Source: Vicinamibacterales bacterium
GTDB lineage: Bacteria; Acidobacteriota; Vicinamibacteria; Vicinamibacterales; UBA8438
Direction of reading: 5' to 3'
Assembly: GCA_965214865.1 (NCBI GenBank)
Contig: CBDCCN010000001.1
Coordinates: 451,747-515,746 of the forward strand
Length of the DNA: 64,000 bases
Positions 16,201 through 24,369 of the stretch are shown piece by piece. How positions within the stretch are numbered: position 1 is the first letter of the stretch; every line of letters begins with the position of its first letter. A program made the translations under genes and the position numbers. A model generated the notes under the pieces. It had not been told where the DNA came from. It was given only the letters and a program-made list of their open reading frames with translations, and did no database searches.

Positions 16201-18483
16201 TCCGACCTGGTGCTCAAGAGCAAGGTGAGGAACCCGGCCAAACTGCTGGACCGGGCCCTGCTCTGGCTCCACGAGCTGGAGGTGATCCGCCTCAACAAGG
16301 GGCTGGCGGTGTTCCGCCCGGCCATGACGATCCGGCTGGCGCAACGGGACCGCCGCGGCTTCTCCAGGGCGGACTTCGAGCCCCTTGCGCTTCACTACAG
16401 GGGACAGGTGCTGCAAATCCACGTCATGGTGGAGTTCGCCGAGCGCGGCCTCGCGGCCATGAGCGAGGCGCTGCGTCTGGCCATGGACTACTTCGCACTC
16501 ACGCAGGAGGGGTTTCTCGCCCGCTGGCTGCCTGGTCGGGACCGGGAGATCGGCCGGCAGACGACGCCCGCCTCCTGGCGCGCCATCGTCGAGAGCCTGG
16601 GGAACCCGGTCCAGCAGCGCATCGTGGCCGACGAGCGGGAACGGACCAACGTCCTGGTCCTCGCAGGGCCCGGTTCGGGCAAGACGCGCGTGCTGGTGCA
16701 CCGCATCGCCTGGCTGATCCGCGTCAGACGGGAGAACGCCCGGGGCATCCTCGCGCTGGCCTACAACCGTCACGCGGCCGTCGACATCCGTCGCCGGCTG
16801 ACGGAGATGATCGGCGACGACGCGCGCGGCGTGACGGTGCTCACCTGCCACGCGCTTGCCATGCGCCTGGCGGGCCAGAGCTTCACCGGCCGGTCGGAGC
16901 GCCCGGACGACGGGACGTTCAGGGACGTGATGCGCCGTGCCGTCGCGCTGCTCCGCGGTGAGGAGCTGTCGCCGGAGGAGGCGGACGAGCGCCGCGAGCG
17001 CCTGCTCGCGGGCTTCCGGTGGATTCTCGTCGACGAGTACCAGGATGTCGGTCCGGAACAGTACGAGCTGATATCGGCGCTGGCCGGACGGACAATGGAA
17101 GGCGACGCGGGCAAGCTCACACTGTTCGCCGTCGGCGACGACGACCAGAACATCTATGCCTTCAACGGAGCGTCGGTGGAGTTCATTCGGCGCTTCGAGG
17201 CCGACTACGGGCCGAAGCCCACCTACCTGACCGCCAACTACCGTTCGACGGCCCATATCGTGGAGGCGGCCAATGCGGTGATCGAGCCGGCGCTGAACCG
17301 CATGAAGGCGGGGCATCCCATCCATGTCGACCGCGCGCGAGAGAAGGACCCGCCGGGCGGAGCGTGGGCGGCGCTGGACCCGGTTTCGCGCGGGCGGGTG
17401 CAGATCCTGCCGGCCGGAGGCGACCCGGTCGGCCAGGCGCGGGCCGTCATGGCGGAGTTGCTGCGTCTCTCCGAGCTGGCGCCGGAATGGGACTGGTCGC
17501 GGTGCGCGGCCATCGCGCGCGAGTGGGAGTATCTGGTTCCGGTGCGGGCGTTCTGCGAGGCGCACAACCTCCCGGTACAGATGGCGAACGAGGACATCCC
17601 GAATTTCTGGCGCCTGCGGGAAACTCGGGCGTTCGTCGAATCGCTGCGCCGGCGCAAAACGCGAATTGTCGACGGCGCGTCCCTGCGCGGGTGGGCCGAC
17701 GCGGGGTCGTCTGATCCCTGGCACGATCTGCTGCGGCAGGCGGTGGAGGAACATGCGGTGGAAACCGGCGGCGGAGAAACGCCGGTGGACCACTTCATCG
17801 AGTGGCTGGCCGAGTGGGGCCGGGACATACGCCGCCGCCAGCGGGGGCTGCTGCTGCTCACCGCCCATCGCGCCAAGGGGCTGGAGTTCGATCATGCGGC
17901 GGTCCTGGACGGCGGCTGGGACCGCGTGGGCCGCGACGAGGATCCGGACGCGCCGCGCCGGCTGTACTACGTGGCGATGACGCGGGCGCGGCAGACGCTG
18001 ACGCTGGCGAGGCTCGACGGCTCCCGGAGCTTCCTTGCCGAACTGGCTGACCATCCCGCCACGATCCGCCGCGAGGCTGCCGAGCTTCCCCCGTGCCCGG
18101 AGGCGGTGGAGTATCGCCATGTCCGGCCCACCCTTCAGGAGGTCGATCTGGGGTTCGCCGGGCGCCGCCGCGCCGGCGATCCGATACACGGCGCCATCAC
18201 CGCACTGTCGATCGATGATCCCCTGGACGTGCGGGTCGGAAAGGACGGGCGTTGGACGTTGCTGGACCGGGCCGGCCGAACCGTGGGACGCCTCGCCGGG
18301 TCGTTCAGGCCGCCGTCCGGGTCACGGTGCCGGTCGGCGGCAACGTTCGCGGTCGTGGGCTGGAGCCGGGAGGCGTCGGACCCGAAATACCGCGACGCCA
18401 TGAGATGCGATGCCTGGGAGGTGGTCGTGCCCGAACTGGTGTTCGAGCGATGTCGACGGTCACCGAGATCTGCGTCAAAGTGA
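13270..18483 (+). CDS. 1,737-aa fusion: DEDD 3'-5' exonuclease - RecQ-type SF2 helicase - unknown ~450 aa - UvrD/PcrA-type SF1 helicase - C-terminal domain
   Basis: Single uninterrupted ORF; GTG 13270 or 13297 is the possible start. Exonuclease motifs: SLDLEV, GHNLIAFDLP, NDPEIDS. RecQ motifs: PTGTGKS, DEAH, HDFRPDY, QEAGRAGRD. UvrD motifs: AGPGSGKT, DEYQD, TAHRAKGLEF, YVAMTRAR. Confidence 0.9.
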   Translation: MGGGEAGRRVSSGAADAPPDPGRAASQDDASFRPPCVSLDLEVGRDDRIHALGAVRADTGRSLTHSGGGLADALERLDDFAAGASFLLGHNLIAFDLPRLEAAKPALRLLKLPAVDTLRLSPLAFPRNPYHSLVKHYQDGGLKRGRVNDPEIDSRIALKLYGDECEALAKAAPDLLAAWHWLCTPEPGGVDRALDGLFCRLRRADRPSRTAAGAAIGQRLENAACATRARDVVAQADQLGWPLAYALAWLSVAGGNSVMPPWVRHRFPEAGRLVRRLRDAACTDPACGWCRERHDAVRELKRWFGYDGFRPEPADADGRPMQQAIVEEAMAGRHVLGILPTGTGKSLCYQIPALSRYDKTGALTVAISPLVALMADQVAGLEQRGIGCCVTVNGLLSMPERGGALDRIRLGDAGILLISPEQLRSRSLRRVLDQREIGAWVLDEAHCLSSWGHDFRPDYRYVGRFIREKAGEGPIPPVLCLTATAKPDVVGDIARHFRNELGIELAVFDGGAERANLAFEVIPTTGGKKFSDILQALTFHLPPDAQGGAIVYCATRQQSEDVAEYLQSKGVAADRFHAGLPPETKKEVQRRFIAGELHAIAATNAFGMGIDKPDVRLVVHADIPGSLENYLQEAGRAGRDRDPARCVLLYAANDVERQFGMSARSRLTRAEIHGILRALRNLDRKKRFDGDVVATAGEILGEDEEKVFERDSATDDTRVRTAVAWLEESQLLTREENVVQVFPSSLRVSTVDEAERRLANARIADVYRRQLLLIAEALIGAGADEGVSTDELMGISGLSPERVRGALYDLERFGIADNDTALTAFVHTGVHRSSRKRLEEAVALETALIAHMQEAAPDLGKGDSSSLHLRIAAQVLRDRGLADPLPELLFRIVRSIAFDGRGEDHGAAGSLTVRKRDAETARITLNREWVALEKTAGMRREAAGRLLEHLLDCLPPGSRGTDLLAETTLGKLLQAIESDLVLKSKVRNPAKLLDRALLWLHELEVIRLNKGLAVFRPAMTIRLAQRDRRGFSRADFEPLALHYRGQVLQIHVMVEFAERGLAAMSEALRLAMDYFALTQEGFLARWLPGRDREIGRQTTPASWRAIVESLGNPVQQRIVADERERTNVLVLAGPGSGKTRVLVHRIAWLIRVRRENARGILALAYNRHAAVDIRRRLTEMIGDDARGVTVLTCHALAMRLAGQSFTGRSERPDDGTFRDVMRRAVALLRGEELSPEEADERRERLLAGFRWILVDEYQDVGPEQYELISALAGRTMEGDAGKLTLFAVGDDDQNIYAFNGASVEFIRRFEADYGPKPTYLTANYRSTAHIVEAANAVIEPALNRMKAGHPIHVDRAREKDPPGGAWAALDPVSRGRVQILPAGGDPVGQARAVMAELLRLSELAPEWDWSRCAAIAREWEYLVPVRAFCEAHNLPVQMANEDIPNFWRLRETRAFVESLRRRKTRIVDGASLRGWADAGSSDPWHDLLRQAVEEHAVETGGGETPVDHFIEWLAEWGRDIRRRQRGLLLLTAHRAKGLEFDHAAVLDGGWDRVGRDEDPDAPRRLYYVAMTRARQTLTLARLDGSRSFLAELADHPATIRREAAELPPCPEAVEYRHVRPTLQEVDLGFAGRRRAGDPIHGAITALSIDDPLDVRVGKDGRWTLLDRAGRTVGRLAGSFRPPSGSRCRSAATFAVVGWSREASDPKYRDAMRCDAWEVVVPELVFERCRRSPRSASK

Positions 18484-18557
18484 ACGCGAGTCGGTTCAGA
18501 CGCCCGTCCCATTGCCGTGTTCGTCAAGGTCTTGAAGAAGATGACGGCTGTGGTCGC

Positions 18558-18621
18558 TGTGCAAACCGCGTCTGCGCGGTTTGCACACGCCTGTGGGCGC
18601 GGTTGTTTGCGTCCACAGGCG
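18558..18621 (+). terminator. two adjacent perfect GC-rich hairpins 75 nt after the helicase stop (terminator or structured RNA/operator)
   Basis: Hairpin 1 pairs 18558-18570 tgtgcaaaccgcg with 18575-18587 cgcggtttgcaca (13 bp, loop tctg). Hairpin 2 pairs 18588-18596 cgcctgtgg with 18613-18621 ccacaggcg (9 bp, 16-nt loop). No U-tract follows. Confidence 0.35.
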
Positions 18622-18866
18622 TGTCGGCGTCCACAGCCTCCGGGCTGGCGCGGCGAGCGGCGGTTCGTTCGGATAGCGTAGACAGCGGACGCAGACGTGG
18701 GGTGAGGGCCCGGGTACAGTCGGCTGCCTCGCCCGCGCCCGCCGCTCGGCGACACGACCGCCGAACGACGCCCTTGCTCTGCACCCGACAATCCTGTAGA
18801 ACGTGCATCCGTAACCCGCCGCGTTTCGTCGACAACCCAGCCGCGGCATCGGAGGAATCCAGAACG

Positions 18867-19712
18867 ATGAGTGACGTATCGACCGGAGCCGAGTTCAAGC
18901 AACAGTTGCGGGAGGGGACTCCCAAGCTGGGGCTGTTCCTCAACTCGCACAGTCCCACCGTGGCCGAGCAGCTCGCCCACAGCGGCTACGACTGGCTGCT
19001 GGTGGATTCACAGCATGGCCCGATGGGCTTCGAGACCCTGTCTGCAATGATCGCCGGCATCTCCAGCGGCGGCGCGAAGTCGCTGGTGCGGGTCGCCGGC
19101 TGCCACGACCGCGGCGGCATCCAGCAGTCGCTCGACGTGGGCGCCGACGGCGTGCTGGTGCCGTACATCAACACCGCCGAGGAGGCGCGGCAGGCGGTGA
19201 GCTGCTGCCGCTATCCGACGGCAGGCACCCGCTCGGTCTACTTCCCGCAGCGCAGCATGAACAAGGGCGGCCTGCTGGGCTACGCCGGCGCCGCCAACGA
19301 CAACGTGATCGTGGCGCTGCAGGTGGAGACGGCCGACTGCATCGCGAACATCGACGAGATCGCCGCGGTGCCGGGGGTCGACCTGCTGTTTCTCGGACAG
19401 AACGACCTGTGCATGTCGCTCGGCCTCTACGAGAAGTACCAGTTCCCCGAAATGTACTTTTCGGACGAGCTGCGCGACGCGACCGACCGGCTGCGGGCGG
19501 CCGCCGCGAAGAACGACGTGATTCTCGGGCTCTTCCTGTTCGGAACCGACCGGGTCGGCGAGTTCCTGGAAAAGGGCTTTCCGTTCATCAGCGTAGGCAA
19601 CGATCTGCACCACGTCCTGACCCAGGCCGGGACGTACGTCGGCAACGTCGAAGCGATTTCGCAGGACAGGGGCAGGCAGCCCTGGCGGCGCCGCGAGACG
19701 GCGCTGTTCTAG
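18867..19712 (+). CDS. HpcH/HpaI-family aldolase (2-keto-3-deoxy-acid aldolase)
   Basis: ATG 18867 with GGAGGA 11 nt upstream. 281 aa with GYDWLLVDSQHGP, VRV, VPYINTAEEA, QVET and DLLFLGQNDL blocks typical of the family. Confidence 0.85.
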   Translation: MSDVSTGAEFKQQLREGTPKLGLFLNSHSPTVAEQLAHSGYDWLLVDSQHGPMGFETLSAMIAGISSGGAKSLVRVAGCHDRGGIQQSLDVGADGVLVPYINTAEEARQAVSCCRYPTAGTRSVYFPQRSMNKGGLLGYAGAANDNVIVALQVETADCIANIDEIAAVPGVDLLFLGQNDLCMSLGLYEKYQFPEMYFSDELRDATDRLRAAAAKNDVILGLFLFGTDRVGEFLEKGFPFISVGNDLHHVLTQAGTYVGNVEAISQDRGRQPWRRRETALF

Positions 19713-19730
19713 AAACACGACCGGCAAGAG

Positions 19731-19760
19731 AACGGGAGGACGGCTATCCGTCTTCCCGTT
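19731..19760. terminator. hairpin between convergent aldolase and spondin-like genes (possible bidirectional terminator)
   Basis: aacgggaggacgg-ctat-ccgtcttcccgtt forms a 13-bp stem with one G-U pair. It starts 19 nt after the aldolase stop and overlaps the last codons of the minus-strand gene. Confidence 0.4.
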
Positions 19761-20541
19761 CCACCACCAGTCTTGTGAACGGTACGTCCCGCACGTCCGC
19801 GGGAAGCGCTTCGATGGGCCCGATCGGTTCGTGCGGGGTGACGTCGGCGTTCCGCGCGGTGAACGTCGTCCCGCTGTCCGTTCCCGCGTCGTAGCCCATC
19901 AGGTCCATCTCGATCCGCGGCGCCCAGCATGCTCCCTGACGCAGGTTGCTCCCGTCGACGCCGACGAACCAGTCCGGACTGGGCGCGATCATCGACACCA
20001 GGGTCAGGAACGGGAACGCCTCGTCGACGTCGAACGCGAGCGTGACCGTGCCGGGTGATGAAAAGGAGGCTTCCTCCCCGCGGATGCAGCCGCCCGCACG
20101 CCCGCGGTCGACCTCGGCCTGCACCTCGTCGCAGAACGCGGTGACGGCGCCGGTCTCCGCCATGCTCTCGATGCCGTCGGTGGCGATGCCGCCGCTGTTC
20201 CAGAACGAGACGTCCCCGCCGTGCGTGGTTCCGACCACGCGGGAGAAATGCGCGCCGGACGGAAACGGCGGCGAACTGCCGTGGGACGTCGCGTTCCACG
20301 TCGCCCTGAACGTCACGCCGTACGTCGCCGACCGGGAGCACTCCACCGTCGCTCCGGGAGTCATCTCGGTTCCGGACGGGGACAGCGGCGCACCATCACC
20401 TTCGGCGCAGCCGGCCCACCCGGCCGGACAGACCGCGACGATCAAGGCGAGCCACCGTCTCCTGCCCGTTCGATCCGCTCCGCCGGGGCGCCGGCCGGCG
20501 GATGACGGCCGCGCTCCGCTCGGCGTCGATTCCCGGCCCAC
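19744..20541 (-). CDS. Spondin_N domain lipoprotein
   Basis: Lipobox-like LIVAVCPAGWAGC. Blocks YGVTFRATW, HFSRVVGTTH and MIAPSPDWFVGV are characteristic of Spondin_N (PF06468) as recalled. Start uncertain. Confidence 0.7.
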   Translation of the reverse strand: MGRESTPSGARPSSAGRRPGGADRTGRRRWLALIVAVCPAGWAGCAEGDGAPLSPSGTEMTPGATVECSRSATYGVTFRATWNATSHGSSPPFPSGAHFSRVVGTTHGGDVSFWNSGGIATDGIESMAETGAVTAFCDEVQAEVDRGRAGGCIRGEEASFSSPGTVTLAFDVDEAFPFLTLVSMIAPSPDWFVGVDGSNLRQGACWAPRIEMDLMGYDAGTDSGTTFTARNADVTPHEPIGPIEALPADVRDVPFTRLVVEREDG

Positions 20542-20556
20542 AAGTGCTCCTCCGCG

Positions 20557-21963
20557 CTACGGCGCCAGCCGGCGGATGACGCCGTCGTGCTTGTTGAGCA
20601 GGAAGACCCGACCGCCGGGTCCCGTGTCGATGCGCACGTCCGCGCGGTTGGCCGGCGGGCGCCCCCGGCTGACGTTCTGCTCCCGGATCAACTGCAGCAG
20701 CGTCTTCGGACCGCCCCCGTCGTCGAACAGGACGCGGCGCATCGCGTCCTGGCCGCCGGCCGGCGGATCGTCGGCCGGGAAGTGGAAGACCTCGCCGCTG
20801 GGACCGTCCCCGAACAGCACCAGGTCCTCGAGCTGCGGAATGGCGTCGTCCCGGTAGACGACGAGGCCGGTCGCCGCGGAACTGCGCTGGAAGAGGGGAT
20901 CGAGCTGCCCGTACTCCACCACCGGATAGGTCAGGCCGGCCTCGCCGCGCGGATCGACGAGGCTGACGGCGCGGCGGCTGATGAACCGGAAGCTCCCCTC
21001 CCAGTCGTTCCAGCCGAGGTTGCCGCCCCGCGGCACGAGGCTGATCTCCTCGACGATGTTCTGGCCGATGTCGGCGACGAACAGGTTGCCGTTCCGCGTG
21101 TCCCAGGCGAAGCGCTGCGGATTGCGGACCCCGTAGGCGTAGATCTCGCCGAGCGTGCCGGCGTCGCCGTCGCTCGCGAAGGGGTTGTCCGCGGGGATGC
21201 CGTACCGGCCGTTCGCGCTGTTCGAGCCGAGCGGATCGATGCGCAGGATCTTGCCCAGGATCGAACCGAGGTTCTGGGCGAGGTCGAGCGGATCGCCGCC
21301 GCTGCCGCCGTCCGCCGATCCGACGTAGAGAAGGCCGAAATCGGGATCGCCGGGCGCCGCGAGCGGATTGAAGCCGAGCTGTCCGCCGTTGTGGTTGCGG
21401 AACGGCTGCTCCACGCGCAGCAGCTCGCGCGGCGGGCCGCCGTCGTAGACCGCGGCGGCGGAATCCGCGGCCGTCCACTCCAGCAGGATCGTGTCCTGCG
21501 CGTCGGCGCCGCCGTGCGGTACGAAGTCCGCCGGCGGCGCCGTGTTGCTCGTGTCCGTCCAGGTGTAGAGCTTGCCGAAACCCGGCGCGCCGGGCCGGCC
21601 GAACTGCGGATGGACCGCGAAGCTCTGGAATCCCCGCTCGCGGCGGGAGGCCTCGACGTCGAGCCCCCAGCGCGGATCCGTGAGATCGAGATAGCGCGTC
21701 ACCGTCGCGCCGTCGTAGCTGACGGTGTAGACGAAGCCCCACATGTCGTTCACGAACAGGCGTCCGGTGCCCGGCTCGTCGACCAGCCGCATCATCCGCG
21801 CCGCCGCGCCGCCGACGAACGGCAGCGACGCGAACTCCTCGACGCCTACGGTGATGACGCCCTCGGTCGCGGGAAGGGGGTCCGGGAACGGGTCGTTGGT
21901 GGTCTGGCCGGCGACCGCCGAGGCCGCCAGCACCACCGCCGCCGCGCCGAGACGCACAATCAT
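20557..21963 (-). CDS. PQQ-dependent sugar (glucose/sorbosone) dehydrogenase, soluble GSDH family
   Basis: 468 aa with signal MIVRLGAAAVVLAASAVAGQ. Blocks QPFRNHNGGQLGFNP, YAYGVRNPQRFAWD and FVADIGQNIVEEI are typical of PF07995-type enzymes. Confidence 0.85.
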   Translation of the reverse strand: MIVRLGAAAVVLAASAVAGQTTNDPFPDPLPATEGVITVGVEEFASLPFVGGAAARMMRLVDEPGTGRLFVNDMWGFVYTVSYDGATVTRYLDLTDPRWGLDVEASRRERGFQSFAVHPQFGRPGAPGFGKLYTWTDTSNTAPPADFVPHGGADAQDTILLEWTAADSAAAVYDGGPPRELLRVEQPFRNHNGGQLGFNPLAAPGDPDFGLLYVGSADGGSGGDPLDLAQNLGSILGKILRIDPLGSNSANGRYGIPADNPFASDGDAGTLGEIYAYGVRNPQRFAWDTRNGNLFVADIGQNIVEEISLVPRGGNLGWNDWEGSFRFISRRAVSLVDPRGEAGLTYPVVEYGQLDPLFQRSSAATGLVVYRDDAIPQLEDLVLFGDGPSGEVFHFPADDPPAGGQDAMRRVLFDDGGGPKTLLQLIREQNVSRGRPPANRADVRIDTGPGGRVFLLNKHDGVIRRLAP

Positions 21964-21967
21964 TGAT

Positions 21968-22489
21968 CTATCGCCCTTCGTAGACGTACTGCATGGTCGT
22001 CCGGACGCTCCGCTCCGGCGCCGCGAAGTCGCTGTACTCGTCGGGGACGCGGTAGGCCGCTACCACGTCGTCCACCGAGCGGCCGGCGGCTTTCCCGTTC
22101 TGCGCCTTGCTGACCACGTCGTTGTAGAACGCGCTGAAGTCGACGAACTCGGCCCAGGTGACCGGCGTCGGGTTGTGGCCCGGAATCACCGTGTCCACGT
22201 CCGGGATGCCGGCGGCCGCCTTCCCGAGCGTGGCGCCGAACGCGGTCGCGCTGCCGTTGCCGTTGACCACGTCGATGAACGGCAGGCCCTTGCGCTGGAA
22301 CATGGCGAAGATCGCGGTGTTGCCGCCGCCGCCCATCCCCTGCACCGTCGAGGCGTTGGCCAGCATGTAGAGGTTGTCGGTGATCTGCTGGACTTCGAGG
22401 TCCACCCGTTCCTGCTGCGCCTCGTGGGTCGCGGCCGTCACCAGAACACCGGTCAGCGTCAGAATTCCCAGGCACGCACTTCGTCTCAT
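21968..22489 (-). CDS. MBL-fold-hydrolase-derived protein lacking the metal-binding core (apparent in-frame internal deletion)
   Basis: ATG 22489 with GGAGGA upstream. 173 aa. N-terminal DNLYMLANAS..GGGGNTAIF and C-terminal GLPFIDVVNGNGSATAF...VDTVIPGH...AGRSVDDVVAAYRVPDEY match the two ends of ~300-aa exported MBL-fold proteins. The HxHxDH segment between them is absent. Confidence 0.5.
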   Translation of the reverse strand: MRRSACLGILTLTGVLVTAATHEAQQERVDLEVQQITDNLYMLANASTVQGMGGGGNTAIFAMFQRKGLPFIDVVNGNGSATAFGATLGKAAAGIPDVDTVIPGHNPTPVTWAEFVDFSAFYNDVVSKAQNGKAAGRSVDDVVAAYRVPDEYSDFAAPERSVRTTMQYVYEGR

Positions 22490-22708
22490 CTCTCGCTTCC
22501 TCCTCCGGCGCCGGAATACGGCCCGCGCGTCACTATAACCTGCGCCGCCAGGATCGGGTCGTCGGGCGGCGGCAGGGCGGCGGCGCCGGGCGGAGCTGCC
22601 CGCGGGTTCATCCGGCTGCCCGAACCGCTCCGAACCGCACCCGGCGTTTCCCGCAGAGGTAGAATCGGGGCGTCCGGCGCAACACACGGCGCCACGGGAG
22701 TCCCTACC

Positions 22709-24324
22709 ATGCACCGAGAGCAACCGACGTTGACGCGCACGCGACGGTTCCTGGTTCTCTTCACCCTGGTTCTGATCGCCGCTCCTCTCGCCGCGCAACA
22801 GGAACAACGATTCGACCTGCTCGTTCGCGGCGGCCGGGTGGTCGACGGCGCCGGAAACCCGTGGGTGCGCGCCGACGTCGCGGTGCGCGGGGACCGGATC
22901 GTGCGCATCGGCCATCTGCCGAACGCGACCGCCGAGCACGTGATCGACGCCGAGGGACTGGTCGTGGCGCCCGGATTCATCGATCCGCACACCCACGCGG
23001 TGCGCGGCATCTTCGACGTGCCGACGGCGGACAACTACCTGCTGCAGGGGGTCACGACGCTGACCGAGGGCAACGACGGCAGCTCGCCGTGGCCGATCGG
23101 CGAGCACCTGGCGCGGATCGCGGAGACCGGCATCAGCCCGAACTGGGGGGTCTTCGCCGGCCAGGGAACCATCCGGCGCGCCGTGATGGGGAGCGACGAC
23201 CGCGACCCGACGCGGGACGAGCTCGACCGGATGCGGGCGCTCGTCGCCGAGGCGATGGAAGAAGGCGCCTTCGGACTGTCGACCGGGTTGTTCTACGTCC
23301 CCGGCAGCTTCACCTCGACGGAGGAGGTCATCGCACTCTCCGAGGTCGCGGCGGAGTACGGCGGCATCTACATCTCGCACATGCGCGACGAGGCGCTGCG
23401 CCTGCTCGACTCGGTGCGGGAGACCATCCGGATCGGCGAGGAGGCGGGCATCCCGGTGCAGATGACCCACCACAAGGCGATCAGCCGCGACATGTGGGGC
23501 CGGAGCGCCGACAGCCTCGCGCTGGTGGACGCCGCGCGGGCGCGCGGGGTGGACATCACGATCGACCAGTATCCCTACACCGCCTCGCAGACGGGATCAC
23601 CGCGGTGGTCCCGCAGTGGGCGCAGGCGGGCGGGACGCAGGAGCTGATCGCACGGCTGCAGGACCCGGAAACGCGCCGGCGCATTCGGGAGGAGATCGTC
23701 TATCGCATCGAGCACGACCGCGGCGGCGGCGATCCGGCGAACATCGTGATCGGCCTCTGCACGTGGGACCGGACGCTGGAGGGCAAGAGCCTCGCCGACA
23801 TTCTCGCCGAGCGGGAGATCGAGGTCACCGTGGCCCACGCCGCGGACCTGGTCATGGAGATCGTCGAGCGCGGCGGCGCCCGGGCCATCTACCACGCGAT
23901 GGACGAGGGCGACGTCGAGCGCATCATGCAGCACCCGGCCACCGCCATCGGCTCCGACGGCGGCGTCTCGGTCTTCGGCGCCAGCGTGCCCCACCCGCGC
24001 GAGTACGGCGCGTTCGCCCGCGTCCTCGGGCGTTACGTGCGGGAGCGCGGCGTGCTGACGCTGGAAGAAGCCGTGCGCAAGATGAGCGGCGCCACCGCCC
24101 AGCGGCTCGGCCTGCAAGACCGCGGCCTGCTGCGCGAGGGGTTCTTCGCCGACGTCGCCGTCTTCGATCCCGACCGCGTCATCGACCGCGCCACCTTCCC
24201 GGAGCCGCACCAGTACGCCGAGGGCGTCGAGTACGTGCTGGTCAACGGCGCCCTGGTGGTCGACGGCGGCGAGCATACGGGCGCGCGTCCGGGCCGTGTG
24301 CTCTACGGGCCGGGCCGGCGCTGA
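22709..24324 (+). pseudogene. D-aminoacylase (N-acyl-D-amino-acid deacylase), one frame disruption (or assembly indel)
   Basis: ATG 22709. Signal/anchor FLVLFTLVLIAAPLAAQ. GFIDPHTHA metal motif. Frame A ends ...DQYPYTASQTG. Frame B continues ITAVVPQWAQAGG...GSDGG...VLVNG to 24324. One base appears missing at ~23593-23596 (acgggatc). Confidence 0.8.
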
Positions 24325-24369
24325 TCCGGTCGCGCCATCGGGATGACCGGCCCCGTCGATTCCGCCGCG

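Noticed and set aside
13081-18189. Long minus-strand ORFs (913 aa at 13081..15822; 774 aa at 15865..18189) opposite the giant helicase gene.
   Set aside because: Low-complexity Arg/Gly/Pro/Ala composition and no recognisable motifs, while the plus strand carries complete exonuclease, RecQ and UvrD motif sets. These are typical high-GC antisense shadows.
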